64,000 nucleotides of DNA from a bacterium (GCA_963681965.1 OY820579.1:3712001-3776000); one strand, 5' to 3'. Numbered from the stretch's first letter, positions 31,435-41,691 are shown. Notes: generated by a model not told the origin, from the letters alone. Numbers and translations: made by a program.

Positions 31435-32466
31435 CTTCCCACCATAGAATTGGAGATACCATTCGATAAAGCGCTTGATCCCCTCTTCCACAAACGTGGT
31501 CGGTTGATAGCCGGTATCGCGCGTCAGATCGGAGATGTCCGCCCAGGTATTCGGCACGTCGCCGAGTTGAATCGGTAACAATTCGACAATCGCTTTCTTG
31601 CCGAGATATTCTTCAATCAATTCGAGGTAGTGCCGCAGTTGCACCGGTCGACCGGAACCAATATTGTACACGCGGTACGGCGCAGGACTGCTGCCCGGAT
31701 CGGGTTGCAACGGATCCCAGTGCGGATTGGGTTCCGGGAATGTATGCATCACGCGGAAAATGCCATCGACGATATCGTCGATGTAAGTGAAGTCGCGACT
31801 CATTTCACCGTGATTGAACAATTGAATCGGTTCACCCGCGAGTATCCCCTTCGCAAACAGAAACAGCGCCATATCGGGACGACCCCACGGTCCATATACT
31901 GTGAAAAATCGCAGCCCGGTTGACGGGAGTGCAAACATCTGTGCATAACTGTGAGCGAGCAGCTCGTTCGCCTTCTTGCTCGCGGCATAGAGCGACACCG
32001 GATGATCGACATTATGATGAATTGAGAACGGCAATTTCTTATTCAACCCATATACCGAACTCGATGACGCAAACACTAGATGCTTAACGCCGTGATGACG
32101 GCTTGCTTCAATGATGTTGAAGAACCCTTCGAGATTCGATAGTTGATACGCCCGCGGATTGATCAGCGAGTACCGCACACCCGCTTGTGCCGCCAGATTC
32201 ACGACTACTTGAAACTGATATTTTGCGAATAAATTGTTCAGTGTGGCAGCATCGGTAAGGTCGTTTTCGAAATGGGTATACCGATCATTATCCGACAGGA
32301 TTTTCAGGCGAGCTCGTTTTAAATTGACATCGTAGTAATCGTTAACGATATCGTATCCGATTACTTTATAACCACTATCGAGGAGTCGTTTTGCGAGATT
32401 GAATCCGATAAATCCCGCTGTGCCGGTGACCAGAATTGGTCCATCGATACGATTAACTGTGCCCAT
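31432..32466 (-). CDS. NAD-dependent epimerase, UDP-glucuronate 4-epimerase-like
   Basis: GTAGFIG, NLAAQAGVRYS, YAASKK, RFFTVYGPWGRPDMA, RDFTYIDDI. Confidence 0.93.
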   Translation of the reverse strand: MGTVNRIDGPILVTGTAGFIGFNLAKRLLDSGYKVIGYDIVNDYYDVNLKRARLKILSDNDRYTHFENDLTDAATLNNLFAKYQFQVVVNLAAQAGVRYSLINPRAYQLSNLEGFFNIIEASRHHGVKHLVFASSSSVYGLNKKLPFSIHHNVDHPVSLYAASKKANELLAHSYAQMFALPSTGLRFFTVYGPWGRPDMALFLFAKGILAGEPIQLFNHGEMSRDFTYIDDIVDGIFRVMHTFPEPNPHWDPLQPDPGSSPAPYRVYNIGSGRPVQLRHYLELIEEYLGKKAIVELLPIQLGDVPNTWADISDLTRDTGYQPTTFVEEGIKRFIEWYLQFYGGK

Positions 32467-32694
32467 ATTGTTCGACTCCGGTATTCCGATGGTTGACGGT
32501 CGATCCGATCATGATCGAAGAGAAAATCACGTTCGAGTATTCACCAATGGCAGATTGGATCGCAATTTTGTATCAGCGATGCAGTGCCGTCGGTATGAAA
32601 AAGCAATTCAATATACGAAAGTGGAACCGGAAGTTGCATATTCCAACGGAATTTGTGAATTCACTCGAATTGCTTGATTCCCGCAAGTGCAATA

Positions 32695-33963
32695 TCAACT
32701 AGCGATCGATTGTCGTTGTAGTATCATCACAGTGATATCGTCGCTCTGTTCCGCAGTCCCTCTGAAGCTATGAATTTCGGCAAACAACCGTCCAATGATC
32801 TTGTCCGGTGCGAGTTTGCGGTGCTTGACGGCACTCGCAATCAGACGCGCTTCACCAAACATCAATCCCTCTTCGGATCGCGCTTCGGTAACACCGTCGG
32901 TGTAAAATACCACTGTATCCCCTTCGTGCAGCGAAAGCGTCATGGTCGGACGTGCCAGCGACGGCAGGATTCCCAAAGGAATCCCTTGTGAGGGATACAA
33001 CTCGTGGCTGCCATTATTCCGCACCACCAATAATGGATTGTGTCCGGCATTCGATAGCGTCAAAGTATTGCCAATCAATTCGGCAAAGATACCGGTGATA
33101 AACACGCCGCGCGGAAACTGTTTCGCGAAGTGAAGATCGATTTCCGGAATCGATGACAGAATATCGGCACCTTTCGAGAATTCATACCGGATAATATTGG
33201 ATAGTGCCGACATCCAGATCCCGGCTGCCGGTCCTTTACCGCTCACATCGGCAATCACAAGATTGCATTTGTTGTTGCAGAACAGCCAGTCGTAGTAATC
33301 ACCGCTGATTTGACGCGCAGTACTGTTCGTTCCTGCCAAAAGATAATTTTCCGGTTGCTGCATATCCGTCGGCAACAATCGCTTTTGAAATTCTTCGGCA
33401 AGCTTTAGTTCGGAATCCAGCCGGTGTTTCTCGATTTCGGTCTCGTGCAACTGATTTTTCTTGATTGCCAGTGCGACCAATGATCCGAAGCATTCCAGCA
33501 GCGATTGATCGTCTTCGGAAAATTGATGTCCGTTGATTTTATTCAGCACCTGAACGGTACCGATGACTTTCGCGCCGGTCGTAAGTGGAACACAGAGATA
33601 CCCGCGGGTGTGGAAACCGGTCTGATGATCGGTGGTATCGAAAAATCGCGGATCTTGCGACATATCCCCGATATTGGCGGATTCGTCGTTTGCCGCGACC
33701 CATCCGGTAATGCCGGTGCCGAGTGGCAGGTCGAATTGATAGAATTTTTCCGGGCTGAGGTTGGTCGATGCCGTCATCCGCAATACTTTTCGGTGATGGT
33801 CGAGCAGATAGATCGATGCCCCTTCCGCAGCCGTCAGTGTTTGTGCTGCAGACAGAATTCGGAGAAACATCTCTTCGGCATCGTTCGCTTCGATCACATT
33901 CTGGATCGCATTTGCCAGAATATTGTGGGAGTTGTCGAGTTTCCGGGGTGCTTTCGGTGTCAT
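32695..33963 (-). CDS. GAF + PP2C (SpoIIE/RsbU-type) serine phosphatase
   Basis: GITGWVA..DPRF GAF domain; SGDYYD, ADVSGKG, NAGH, YTDGVTEA, DDIT. Confidence 0.92.
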   Translation of the reverse strand: MTPKAPRKLDNSHNILANAIQNVIEANDAEEMFLRILSAAQTLTAAEGASIYLLDHHRKVLRMTASTNLSPEKFYQFDLPLGTGITGWVAANDESANIGDMSQDPRFFDTTDHQTGFHTRGYLCVPLTTGAKVIGTVQVLNKINGHQFSEDDQSLLECFGSLVALAIKKNQLHETEIEKHRLDSELKLAEEFQKRLLPTDMQQPENYLLAGTNSTARQISGDYYDWLFCNNKCNLVIADVSGKGPAAGIWMSALSNIIRYEFSKGADILSSIPEIDLHFAKQFPRGVFITGIFAELIGNTLTLSNAGHNPLLVVRNNGSHELYPSQGIPLGILPSLARPTMTLSLHEGDTVVFYTDGVTEARSEEGLMFGEARLIASAVKHRKLAPDKIIGRLFAEIHSFRGTAEQSDDITVMILQRQSIAS

Positions 33964-34130
33964 GGTCGTTCCGGGTTATAACTGAATTCGACTTGTGTAA
34001 TTTTTCAGGACAATCGGTATCACCGCCGACGGGTATTCATTATAATATTGAATCTTCTCGGCATTCGCTATTGTTTTCGGGAAAAAATCAATTTTTATGT
34101 CCGATTAACGGCATTTATTGAAATTTACCC

Positions 34131-35132
34131 GGAGGTCAGGCTTTAGCCTGACTCTTTTTTTTATCTTTTGGTGGCGCAGGCCTCCGAGCCTGCGAGTTTG
34201 TATTTTTTTTTAATACTGCCCACCTCCTTTTGGGCGAATACCTTCTTTTCCCCATCACCCACCTCCTATCACCCAATCCCCATCCAGTTGGTGGCGCAGG
34301 CCTCCGAGCCTGCGATTCTCTTTTTCCGTATGTCGGAATTTATTCCGACTCTACTCTTTATGGTAGGGGCGTTCTTACGCGTTCGCCCGTTTTTTTTGTC
34401 GTTTGTAGCCGCAGGCTTTAGACTGCGTGCTTTCATCATTTTTTACCTTTTCCCAACACCTAAAACTCATCTCCTACCACTCATATTTTCAGGAGGGAGG
34501 CATCCCCGCATGCCCCCGTTCTTGTTTCTGTTTTATCTCTCATCTGTTAAGAAAAAAAAGCCCAATCGGAGTTGGGCACTACTACAATAAAAAACGCAGG
34601 CTCGGAGGTCTGCGCCACCAACAGACGGCGTCAGGCGCTGCCTGCCACTTAGGGCGAATGCGATTCGCCCCTACAAAAAACACAGGTATCCGAGCCAGTT
34701 ATCAGTTTCTTTTCAGTATGTCGGAATTTATTCCGACTCTACTCTTTATGGTAGGGGCGTTCTTACGCGTTCGCCCGTTTTTTTTGTCGTTTGTAGCCGC
34801 AGGTTTTAGACTGCGTTTTTGTATCATTTATATCTTTTCCCAACACCTAAAACTCATCTCCTACCACTCATATTTTCAGGAGGGGGGCATCCCCGCATGC
34901 CCCCGTTCTTGTTTCTGTTTTATCGTTCATCTGTTAAGAAAAAAAACAATCGGAGTTGGGCACTACTACAATAAAAAACGCAGGCTCGGAGGTCTGCGCC
35001 ACCAACAGACGGCGTCAGGCGCTACCTGCCACTTAGGGCGAATGCGATTCGCCCCTACAAAAAACGCAGGCTGAAGCCTGCGGCTACACAGAATATTAAA
35101 GAAAAAGATGCGGACTAAAGTCTGCCGCTACC
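34131..35132. repeat. 1-kb composite REP-like cluster containing a ~350-bp direct duplication (34328-34681 and 34716-35065)
   Basis: More than 20 hairpins from about 10 families plus three 5x7 tracts; the two copies are near-identical. Confidence 0.92.
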
Positions 35133-35136
35133 AAAC

Positions 35137-35163
35137 AAAACGGGGCGAATTTCTCCGCCCCGT
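35137..35163 (-). terminator. Probable intrinsic terminator after accD
   Basis: ACGGGGCG..CGCCCCGT hairpin plus T run on the minus strand. Confidence 0.65.
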
Positions 35164-35182
35164 CTGTATCAATTACCACAAA

Positions 35183-36031
35183 TTAGTGGTTGATGAACAA
35201 CCCGTCGAGAATACGCTCACAGGTCTTCGCCAGATCCTTGCGATGTACCACTCGATCGACAAAACCGTGCTCGAGCAAGAATTCACTGCGCTGGAATCCC
35301 GGCGGCAAATCCTGTCCGATCGTCTGCTTGATCACACGCGCACCGGCAAAGCCAATCACTGCGCCCGGTTCCGCGACAATGACATCGCCCAGCATCGCAA
35401 AGCTCGCGCTGGTTCCGCCTGTCGTCGGATTCGTGATCACGCTGATGAATGGCAATTTGGCATCTGCCAATCTCGTCAGCCAACCGCTCATCTTCGCCAA
35501 TTGCATCAGCGACAGCACCCCTTCCTGCATCCGGGCACCGCCGGAACAGGAGACTACGATGTAAGCGCGACGTTCTTTCAGGCACAAATCACAAGCCCGT
35601 GCGAAAATTTCGCCAGTGACGCTGCCGAGCGAACCACCCATGTAGCTGAAATCCATCACCGCATTCACGACCGGATGCTTGCCGATTTTACCGCGTGCTA
35701 CGCGTAAACAGTCGTCAAGACCGGTCTTCTTTTTCAAGTCGATAATGCGTTCGGAATATTTCTTGGTGTCGGTGAATCCAAGGGGATCTTCCGGATGCAC
35801 ATGAAAATCGATTTCGGCAATCGCTTCATCCGGCGAAAACAGTTCGAAATAGCGCGTCGCGGGCAGCCGGAAATGGTAGTCGCATTTCGGACAGACGTGC
35901 TCATTTTCAGCGATCGCCTTCTTGAACAGAATTTCACCGCAGCCATCGCATTTCACCCATAACCCATCGGGGGTATCCCGTTTTTCCGCTTCCGTAGGCA
36001 ATCCTTCCTTCTCTCGTTTGAACCAGGTCAT
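35183..36031 (-). CDS. accD: Acetyl-CoA carboxylase carboxyltransferase beta subunit
   Basis: LWVKC..C...C..C Zn finger, MGGSLGSVTGE, SGGARMQEG, PTTGG, GFAGARVI. Confidence 0.96.
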   Translation of the reverse strand: MTWFKREKEGLPTEAEKRDTPDGLWVKCDGCGEILFKKAIAENEHVCPKCDYHFRLPATRYFELFSPDEAIAEIDFHVHPEDPLGFTDTKKYSERIIDLKKKTGLDDCLRVARGKIGKHPVVNAVMDFSYMGGSLGSVTGEIFARACDLCLKERRAYIVVSCSGGARMQEGVLSLMQLAKMSGWLTRLADAKLPFISVITNPTTGGTSASFAMLGDVIVAEPGAVIGFAGARVIKQTIGQDLPPGFQRSEFLLEHGFVDRVVHRKDLAKTCERILDGLFINH

Positions 36032-36513
36032 AACAAACCCTCACTTCGTTGTGACGGTCGCGGGAGCTTCATAATAAAAGCATCCTCGCCGTCTTGATAA
36101 TACTGCTTGCGTCGTCCTACAATCGAGAACCCGGTCGAACGGTAGAGATGTACGGCACTGATATTGCCAACCCGCACTTCGAGAAACACGTTCGCCGCAT
36201 TTTGCCGCCAGCAGCGTTGGATAAATTCATTCAATAACAACCGACCGACATTGCGTTTTCGATACGCTTTGCCGACCGCCAAATTCAAAAGTTCCGCTTC
36301 ATCGGCTGCGACCCGTCCGAACGCATACGCGATCGGAAACCGGAATGCCGCCACCAACGCGATCCCGCCCGGCATCGTCATCAACAGCCGGAACGATTCC
36401 TCGCCCCAAGGATCACGGTAGGCATCCCGCTCCACCGTCAGAATCGTCTCCATATCCTCCGTCGCGGCGTTGCGGATCACCATCTGATTCATGCCTGAAA
36501 AGCCGCTGAACAC
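36028..36513 (-). CDS. rimI: Ribosomal-protein-alanine N-acetyltransferase (start could be 36492)
   Basis: AELLNLAV..YR..VG, FLEVRVGN..A..LY...GF...GRRKQYY.DGEDA. Confidence 0.9.
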   Translation of the reverse strand: MFSGFSGMNQMVIRNAATEDMETILTVERDAYRDPWGEESFRLLMTMPGGIALVAAFRFPIAYAFGRVAADEAELLNLAVGKAYRKRNVGRLLLNEFIQRCWRQNAANVFLEVRVGNISAVHLYRSTGFSIVGRRKQYYQDGEDAFIMKLPRPSQRSEGLL

Positions 36514-36667
36514 GTCGTTACTCCAAGGATAAGATCATTCTACGATTGGATCTCAGTTGACCGGTTACTTCAGAGCAATGGTTCGCACCGATCTCACTCC
36601 GAAAAGTCCCTAAATTCACCGGTTTGTTAAAATAGGGAAAAGTTAAAAGTAATACATCGAATCACGA

Positions 36668-37519
36668 TTACGCAAAATCGCGGATAAATGCTGCGATTTT
36701 CACTGCTTGCCGAGTCTCCGCCACATCGTGCACCCGGACAATCGCCGCTCCTTGCAACACAGCGTAGCTCGCCAGCGCAATCGAGCCACCGAGCCGATGA
36801 TCGGCAGGTACTTCGTCTATAAAACCAATCAATCGTTTCCGCGAGCAGCCAATCAACACAGGATAACCGGTGGCAACCAATTGCGGTAACGCTTTCAACA
36901 ACCGGTAACTCTGTTCCGGTGTTTTCGCAAAGCCGATACCGGGATCGATCAAAATCCGATCCTTTGCGATTCCACTGGTAAGCGCCAGTTCCACTCGCTC
37001 CATCAGTTCTCGCTGAACGTCGGCTGCGACATCGGAATACTCGACACATTGATTCATTGTCGCCGGCGTACCGCGCATGTGCATCATCGCATACGGTACT
37101 TCCAGCGTCGCTACGGTCGCAAACATCGCAGGATCGTGGGCACCCGCCGAGACATCGTTCACCAGTGCGGCACCCGCTTCCACGGCAAGCCGGGCAGTAT
37201 CGGCATTACGGGTATCGATCGAGATCCGGATCCGGTCCAGTCGGGCAATCCGATCGATGACCGGAAGTACCCGGTGCTGTTCGACGGTCGGTGGAACCGG
37301 CACGGCTCCGGGACGCGTCGATTCACCGCCGATATCGATCCAATCCGCTCCGGCATCGAACATCGTCCGGGCATGATCCACTGCAACCGTAACACTGTCG
37401 AACTTACCACCATCCGAAAAACTGTCGGGTGTGACGTTCAGAATCCCCATCACTTGCGGCTTAACGCCAATCGGTATCCGCTCGCCAGCACGAAGTGTCA
37501 GAAATCTTTCCGCATTCAT
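36668..37519 (-). CDS. folP: Dihydropteroate synthase
   Basis: MGILNVTPDSFSDGG, DIGGESTRPGA, DPGIGFAK, SRK, VRVHDV. Confidence 0.96.
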   Translation of the reverse strand: MNAERFLTLRAGERIPIGVKPQVMGILNVTPDSFSDGGKFDSVTVAVDHARTMFDAGADWIDIGGESTRPGAVPVPPTVEQHRVLPVIDRIARLDRIRISIDTRNADTARLAVEAGAALVNDVSAGAHDPAMFATVATLEVPYAMMHMRGTPATMNQCVEYSDVAADVQRELMERVELALTSGIAKDRILIDPGIGFAKTPEQSYRLLKALPQLVATGYPVLIGCSRKRLIGFIDEVPADHRLGGSIALASYAVLQGAAIVRVHDVAETRQAVKIAAFIRDFA

Positions 37520-39078
37520 TTCACTTTGCTCGATTTCGTCGATGGGAATCGGGCATGTTCGTCGAGTAATTTCAGCAATCGAACACGGGCATGCGCCGTT
37601 GCCAACGCATCGTCGGATTTATCGGCGAATTTATAACGGGTCTGATAATAGTAAATGGCGCTGTCCCACTGTTCGTGCGATTCGTAAATGACACCGAGAT
37701 AATAAAGATTTTCGACTGTTCCATGCAGCGACCAGCTCTTATAAAAATCTGCCGTAGCTGCCGTCGTATCGCCTCCCTGCAGATACGCGATACCGCGGTT
37801 GTAGAACAACGTCGCATTTTCCGGTTGCACTACCAGCATCTGGTTCAAGGTCTGGATCGCTTCCGGTTGCTTGCCGTAAATAATCAGGTAGTGCGCGCGA
37901 CGTGAGAGTAGTGGAAACGATGTCGGATTGATCTTCAGACCATCTTCGACCAAATTCTCGTACTCATGCACCAGCGTATTCAGCGGGATCATCGATAACA
38001 ACCGCATTCGCGCATCGACATAACCCGGATCGATTTCGACTGCACGCTGCAAATGTTCCTTCGGCGATTTTTCGAATTTATTTGCGACCAAACTGGAATC
38101 GAGATGTCCCAATAAAAAATGCACTTCCGGTCGCACCGGTGAAAGGATCAGCGCATGCAACCATGCCGATGCGGCATTTTTCTTATCTCCGGTGTTGCGA
38201 TGCCAACTACCAAGTGCCAACAGGAACGGCGGGTACTTATCCCCGATCTTGATCAATTTCTCTGCTGTCGGAACCACATGTAATAAGAGTGTATCCTGCC
38301 CCGGATGATCGATGAAATAATTAATCAGGAGGGTAATACCACCGAGCGATTTTTCATCCGACTTGAGCGCATTGCGAAACAGAACGCTCTGGGTCGAATC
38401 GTAGACTGCCACAACCCGACTGCGGGCACAAGCAATCCGCCACTCTTTCGATAAAGGCGCGATCGTTGCAGGGTTGCGATCCATCCCCGTGATATCGGCG
38501 ATCTTGGTTGCCGCATCGCGAACGGCGGTATTGCAATCGCCATTGGCTTGAATCGAGACAGTATCGCGCTTGCCTACCCGCACAATTTTTAAATTAAATT
38601 GCATCTGCTCCGGCGATTCGCACACCCAACTACCGCAAACCAGCCAATCCACCTTGATCAACGGTAACAATTTTGCATCTTCCGGGGGTATCGATGCCGA
38701 TGCTTTCAATACTTTTCCCAGACGTTGAAACGAACCAGTGACCCAGCGTGGATGCGTAGCAGCGATACTCTCTTCCAACTCAGCCGCAAGTTGATGACCC
38801 ATCCCCACCGGTTGCTCATTTCCCGCCAACGGATACACCGCCAATCGTACCGGCATCGGCGGTGCAGGAAAGAGGATGATCAACACGAGATAGATGATCG
38901 CCCATACCAGTGCAATCCAAATCGTACCTTTAATCGTGCGCTTCCGGGTATGCGTTTCTGATTTGACCGAAGTAAATAACCACGCCACTTCGACAAGCAC
39001 TAATAGGACGATTAGTGGAACCGCACCAAATGGCAGATTGCCGCCTAAGACATGAAAGATATAAGGAAATGAGAACAT
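37516..39078 (-). CDS. Membrane-anchored TPR-repeat protein
   Basis: Two N-terminal TM helices; TPR-like LFYNRGIAYL and LYYLGVIYE. Confidence 0.75.
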   Translation of the reverse strand: MFSFPYIFHVLGGNLPFGAVPLIVLLVLVEVAWLFTSVKSETHTRKRTIKGTIWIALVWAIIYLVLIILFPAPPMPVRLAVYPLAGNEQPVGMGHQLAAELEESIAATHPRWVTGSFQRLGKVLKASASIPPEDAKLLPLIKVDWLVCGSWVCESPEQMQFNLKIVRVGKRDTVSIQANGDCNTAVRDAATKIADITGMDRNPATIAPLSKEWRIACARSRVVAVYDSTQSVLFRNALKSDEKSLGGITLLINYFIDHPGQDTLLLHVVPTAEKLIKIGDKYPPFLLALGSWHRNTGDKKNAASAWLHALILSPVRPEVHFLLGHLDSSLVANKFEKSPKEHLQRAVEIDPGYVDARMRLLSMIPLNTLVHEYENLVEDGLKINPTSFPLLSRRAHYLIIYGKQPEAIQTLNQMLVVQPENATLFYNRGIAYLQGGDTTAATADFYKSWSLHGTVENLYYLGVIYESHEQWDSAIYYYQTRYKFADKSDDALATAHARVRLLKLLDEHARFPSTKSSKVK

Positions 39079-39110
39079 CGGTTTTTGTTACCTACTCTTA
39101 ATCAAAATTG

Positions 39111-39761
39111 TTAGAATAATCTTCTGCCCGCCACTCCAAAACTAGTCCACCGCGGAAACATCGGCGCAGATTTCGCAAGGTAATCGGCATAGCGGCGATC
39201 GAACGAATCGATTAGTGGCTGCTCCTCGGCTTTGATTCGGATCGATGTTCCAATCCAATAGAGGAGTATTCCAGCCAGACAAGTATACCAGAACGTCCAG
39301 ACAAATCCGGTGGCAATCAACATCATGAAATATGCGGCATAGAGCGGATGACGACTCGTCCGGAATGGTCCCGACATCATCACCACTCGACCCGGAATTA
39401 TCTCCACTTTGATTGCCCAGTCACGGCGGTATTCGCGATAGACCGTATAGATCATCATATTCGACCAGATCGCAAACACCATTGCAAAACCTGCTGGAAT
39501 AATTGTGAGTACGTATCCAGCAAATACTATTGGGTGATACAACGGTCGGGGAATTAACACACAAACAAACCCGATGAGTTGCAACACTAAACCAGTAGTA
39601 GCTTTCGGATCCAACCGATCCCGCGATACAGATTTCGTGGTTTGCTTATATGCCCAGGTTTGAAATGCAAACACGATCCAGAGCGAGGTGACTACCCATA
39701 GCGCTATGGCAAATAAACCACTCGATCGATTAAACATCTCTTGAAATGCGGCATCATCCAT
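39111..39761 (-). CDS. Isoprenylcysteine carboxyl methyltransferase / PEMT family membrane protein
   Basis: GPFRTSRHPLY, IKAEEQ.L...F..RY.DY....FP. Confidence 0.8.
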   Translation of the reverse strand: MDDAAFQEMFNRSSGLFAIALWVVTSLWIVFAFQTWAYKQTTKSVSRDRLDPKATTGLVLQLIGFVCVLIPRPLYHPIVFAGYVLTIIPAGFAMVFAIWSNMMIYTVYREYRRDWAIKVEIIPGRVVMMSGPFRTSRHPLYAAYFMMLIATGFVWTFWYTCLAGILLYWIGTSIRIKAEEQPLIDSFDRRYADYLAKSAPMFPRWTSFGVAGRRLF

Positions 39762-39769
39762 CGTTCACC

Positions 39770-40309
39770 TCAATTGGAGATTCGACAGCGTAGTGCATGA
39801 CAAAGCGCGATCGCCAGAGCATCGGTCGCATCGTTGGGAAACGGCTTTCCGTCCGGTGTCGGCGATAATCCCAGAATTCTGCCAATCATAAATGCCACCT
39901 GTTCTTTGGTGGCGGCACCATTTCCGACTGCGGCTCGCTTCACTTCGCGCGGCGAATAGGAACTGACCGGAAGCCCTTTGCGTGCAAGCGTCAATAAGAG
40001 CGCTCCGCGTGCCTGACCCAGTACCAATGCCGATCGTGCATTCTCGCCGAAAAACGGTTCTTCCACGGCGGCAATCACCGGTTGATGGGTATCGAGGATA
40101 ATCTGCAACCCTTCGGACAACGTCAGCAAGCGCGATTCCAGCGGATCTGCGCTTTTTGTGCGAATGACGCCTGCGCCCACAAACCGCGCTCCGCGCGTCG
40201 TGAGCTGGACGATTCCCCACCCGGTCACAGCGGTACCGGGATCCACTCCCAAAATCAGTGAATTGGGAGCGACGATCGGCAAATTCGGATGTTCAGTCGG
40301 TTTCTGCAT
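39770..40309 (-). CDS. ruvC: Crossover junction endodeoxyribonuclease RuvC
   Basis: ILGVDPG..TGWG, AVEE.FF, LGQARG, G.ATKEQV, DATDALAIA. Confidence 0.95.
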   Translation of the reverse strand: MQKPTEHPNLPIVAPNSLILGVDPGTAVTGWGIVQLTTRGARFVGAGVIRTKSADPLESRLLTLSEGLQIILDTHQPVIAAVEEPFFGENARSALVLGQARGALLLTLARKGLPVSSYSPREVKRAAVGNGAATKEQVAFMIGRILGLSPTPDGKPFPNDATDALAIALCHALRCRISN

Positions 40310-40538
40310 GGTTCGCTCAAAGATACCATTTCCCAACCGCCAAACCGATACCAAATGACTAAATTTTGAAGATGTTGTGTCGAATATTCGCTGAAATCGC
40401 GGTAACTCGCGAAAATTCCTGATGCGTATCTGCAACATTAGTGTTTTATTATCATTATCATTTGCCGAAATGTATCGTATTGGTATTCGAAATCTTATCG
40501 AGTGTAGCCGAAAATTCTTGGGAATGTGAGTTGGAGGC

Positions 40539-40567
40539 TTGTTGTTACGCAGGTTTTATCGTATGAT
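40539..40567 (+). promoter_or_regulatory. Putative sigma70 promoter driving the structured RNA candidate
   Basis: TTGTTG-17 nt-TATGAT. Confidence 0.5.
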
Positions 40568-40574
40568 ATAGAAA

Positions 40575-40735
40575 GCGATCCGTGGGCATTGGTACTCTAC
40601 CCGCGGTACACACGGTCTGACGATTGACCGTCGCATTTGTCCCTCGACAACATGGATGCTTGGGTAGGACCCGGTCCGTCGGGGCGCATCAGAGACCACG
40701 TCCCCCCGTAGCATTGCTACGGGGGTTCGCATTTC
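40575..40735 (+). ncRNA. Candidate structured non-coding RNA or leader, family not recognised, ending in a terminator-like hairpin
   Basis: Nested complementary segments CGTGG/CCACG, CTACCC/GGGTAG, ACGGTC/GACCGT, TTGTC/GACAA, CCCGG-TCCG-TCGGG; CCCCCGTAGCA/TGCTACGGGGG hairpin. Confidence 0.5.
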
Positions 40736-40813
40736 GCTACATTTTTCCCACCACTCTACCGATATTTAGAGAGGAACTTGAATTAATTTCGATCAACCCC
40801 GTTGGGAGCCGGT

Positions 40814-41365
40814 ATGCGAGTCATCGACGATGCAACCTTCGAAGAATATGTCATGTGGTATCTGAAACGCGACTTCTGGAAACGTGGACGTGCCGATCCA
40901 CCGCGGATTGAGGACTTCGATTGGTGTTTGCGCGAGATGTATCTGGAACATCTCGACCGGATCAAACCGGAGTTCTCCGGTGCGAAATGGTCGAGGGTAG
41001 TGATCGATCAACTCGTAGAGATGGAGTCGTGGGTTGCGCCGCCGTTCAAGTGGCTCAATGAGGAAGGGCTCCTCCCCGATAATGGCGACCGTCATATTTC
41101 CACGATTGCCGACCGGGTGATCGAGAAAAAATTCTTCTATGGACCGCGACCGAATGCGATGCGTGCCAAGAGCATGTACTCGTACTACCGGATGCTGAAG
41201 GACGGTCTACTCCGCTTTTCCGGCATCAACCGATTGGTACTGTGGCACGACAAGTCGAAAAATGAGACTGAGCTGTTCGACGGGATTGCCCGCGTCCTGC
41301 CGATGATTGTGCTCGCCCGCAGTGGTGGACGCGTCATTCCGACCGAGGCATATTACGGGGAATAA
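40814..41365 (+). CDS. Hypothetical protein
   Basis: GGGAG RBS, 183-codon ORF with protein-like composition; no family recognised with confidence. Confidence 0.65.
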   Translation: MRVIDDATFEEYVMWYLKRDFWKRGRADPPRIEDFDWCLREMYLEHLDRIKPEFSGAKWSRVVIDQLVEMESWVAPPFKWLNEEGLLPDNGDRHISTIADRVIEKKFFYGPRPNAMRAKSMYSYYRMLKDGLLRFSGINRLVLWHDKSKNETELFDGIARVLPMIVLARSGGRVIPTEAYYGE

Positions 41366-41397
41366 ATTTTATAGTTCATATTATGAATCTCTATTCG

Positions 41398-41530
41398 AGG
41401 GCGTAGCAATACGCCCATTTTTTTTTCTGTAGGTCGGAATTTATTCCGACTCCTCCTTCTTCTTGTAGTACTGCCGATCTCCGAATCGGCGATCCTCTTC
41501 TTTTCCGTAGGTCGGAATATATTCCGACTC
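41398..41530 (+). repeat. REP-like cluster (four + elements)
   Basis: GTAGGTCGGAAT(T/A)TATTCCGAC twice, GTAGTACTGCCGATCTCCGAATCGGCG, GGGCGTAGCAATACGCCC. Confidence 0.85.
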
Positions 41531-41691
41531 TTCCTTTATCTTGAACTATTTCCGAACTCCGATCCTGCGTATTTTTTTCGATATTCTGTACAATGCCAAG
41601 GTCAATAAATTCTATACTCTCATGCTGTTTTGCTTGTAAACACTCTCCTGCCGCATTATTATGGATATACACCTGTCCGACCGGAGCCGCC

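Noticed and set aside
34168-35074. ORFs of 140 and 215 aa (and similar ORFs at 1502-1918, 23417-23770, 44603-44911)
   Set aside because: They are translations of REP clusters, with recurrent peptides such as VGAVREPP and VAQASEPA, and are not genes.
40617-40660. Hammerhead ribozyme suggested by CTGACGA
   Set aside because: No stem II-GAAA follows; the motif lies in a hairpin loop.
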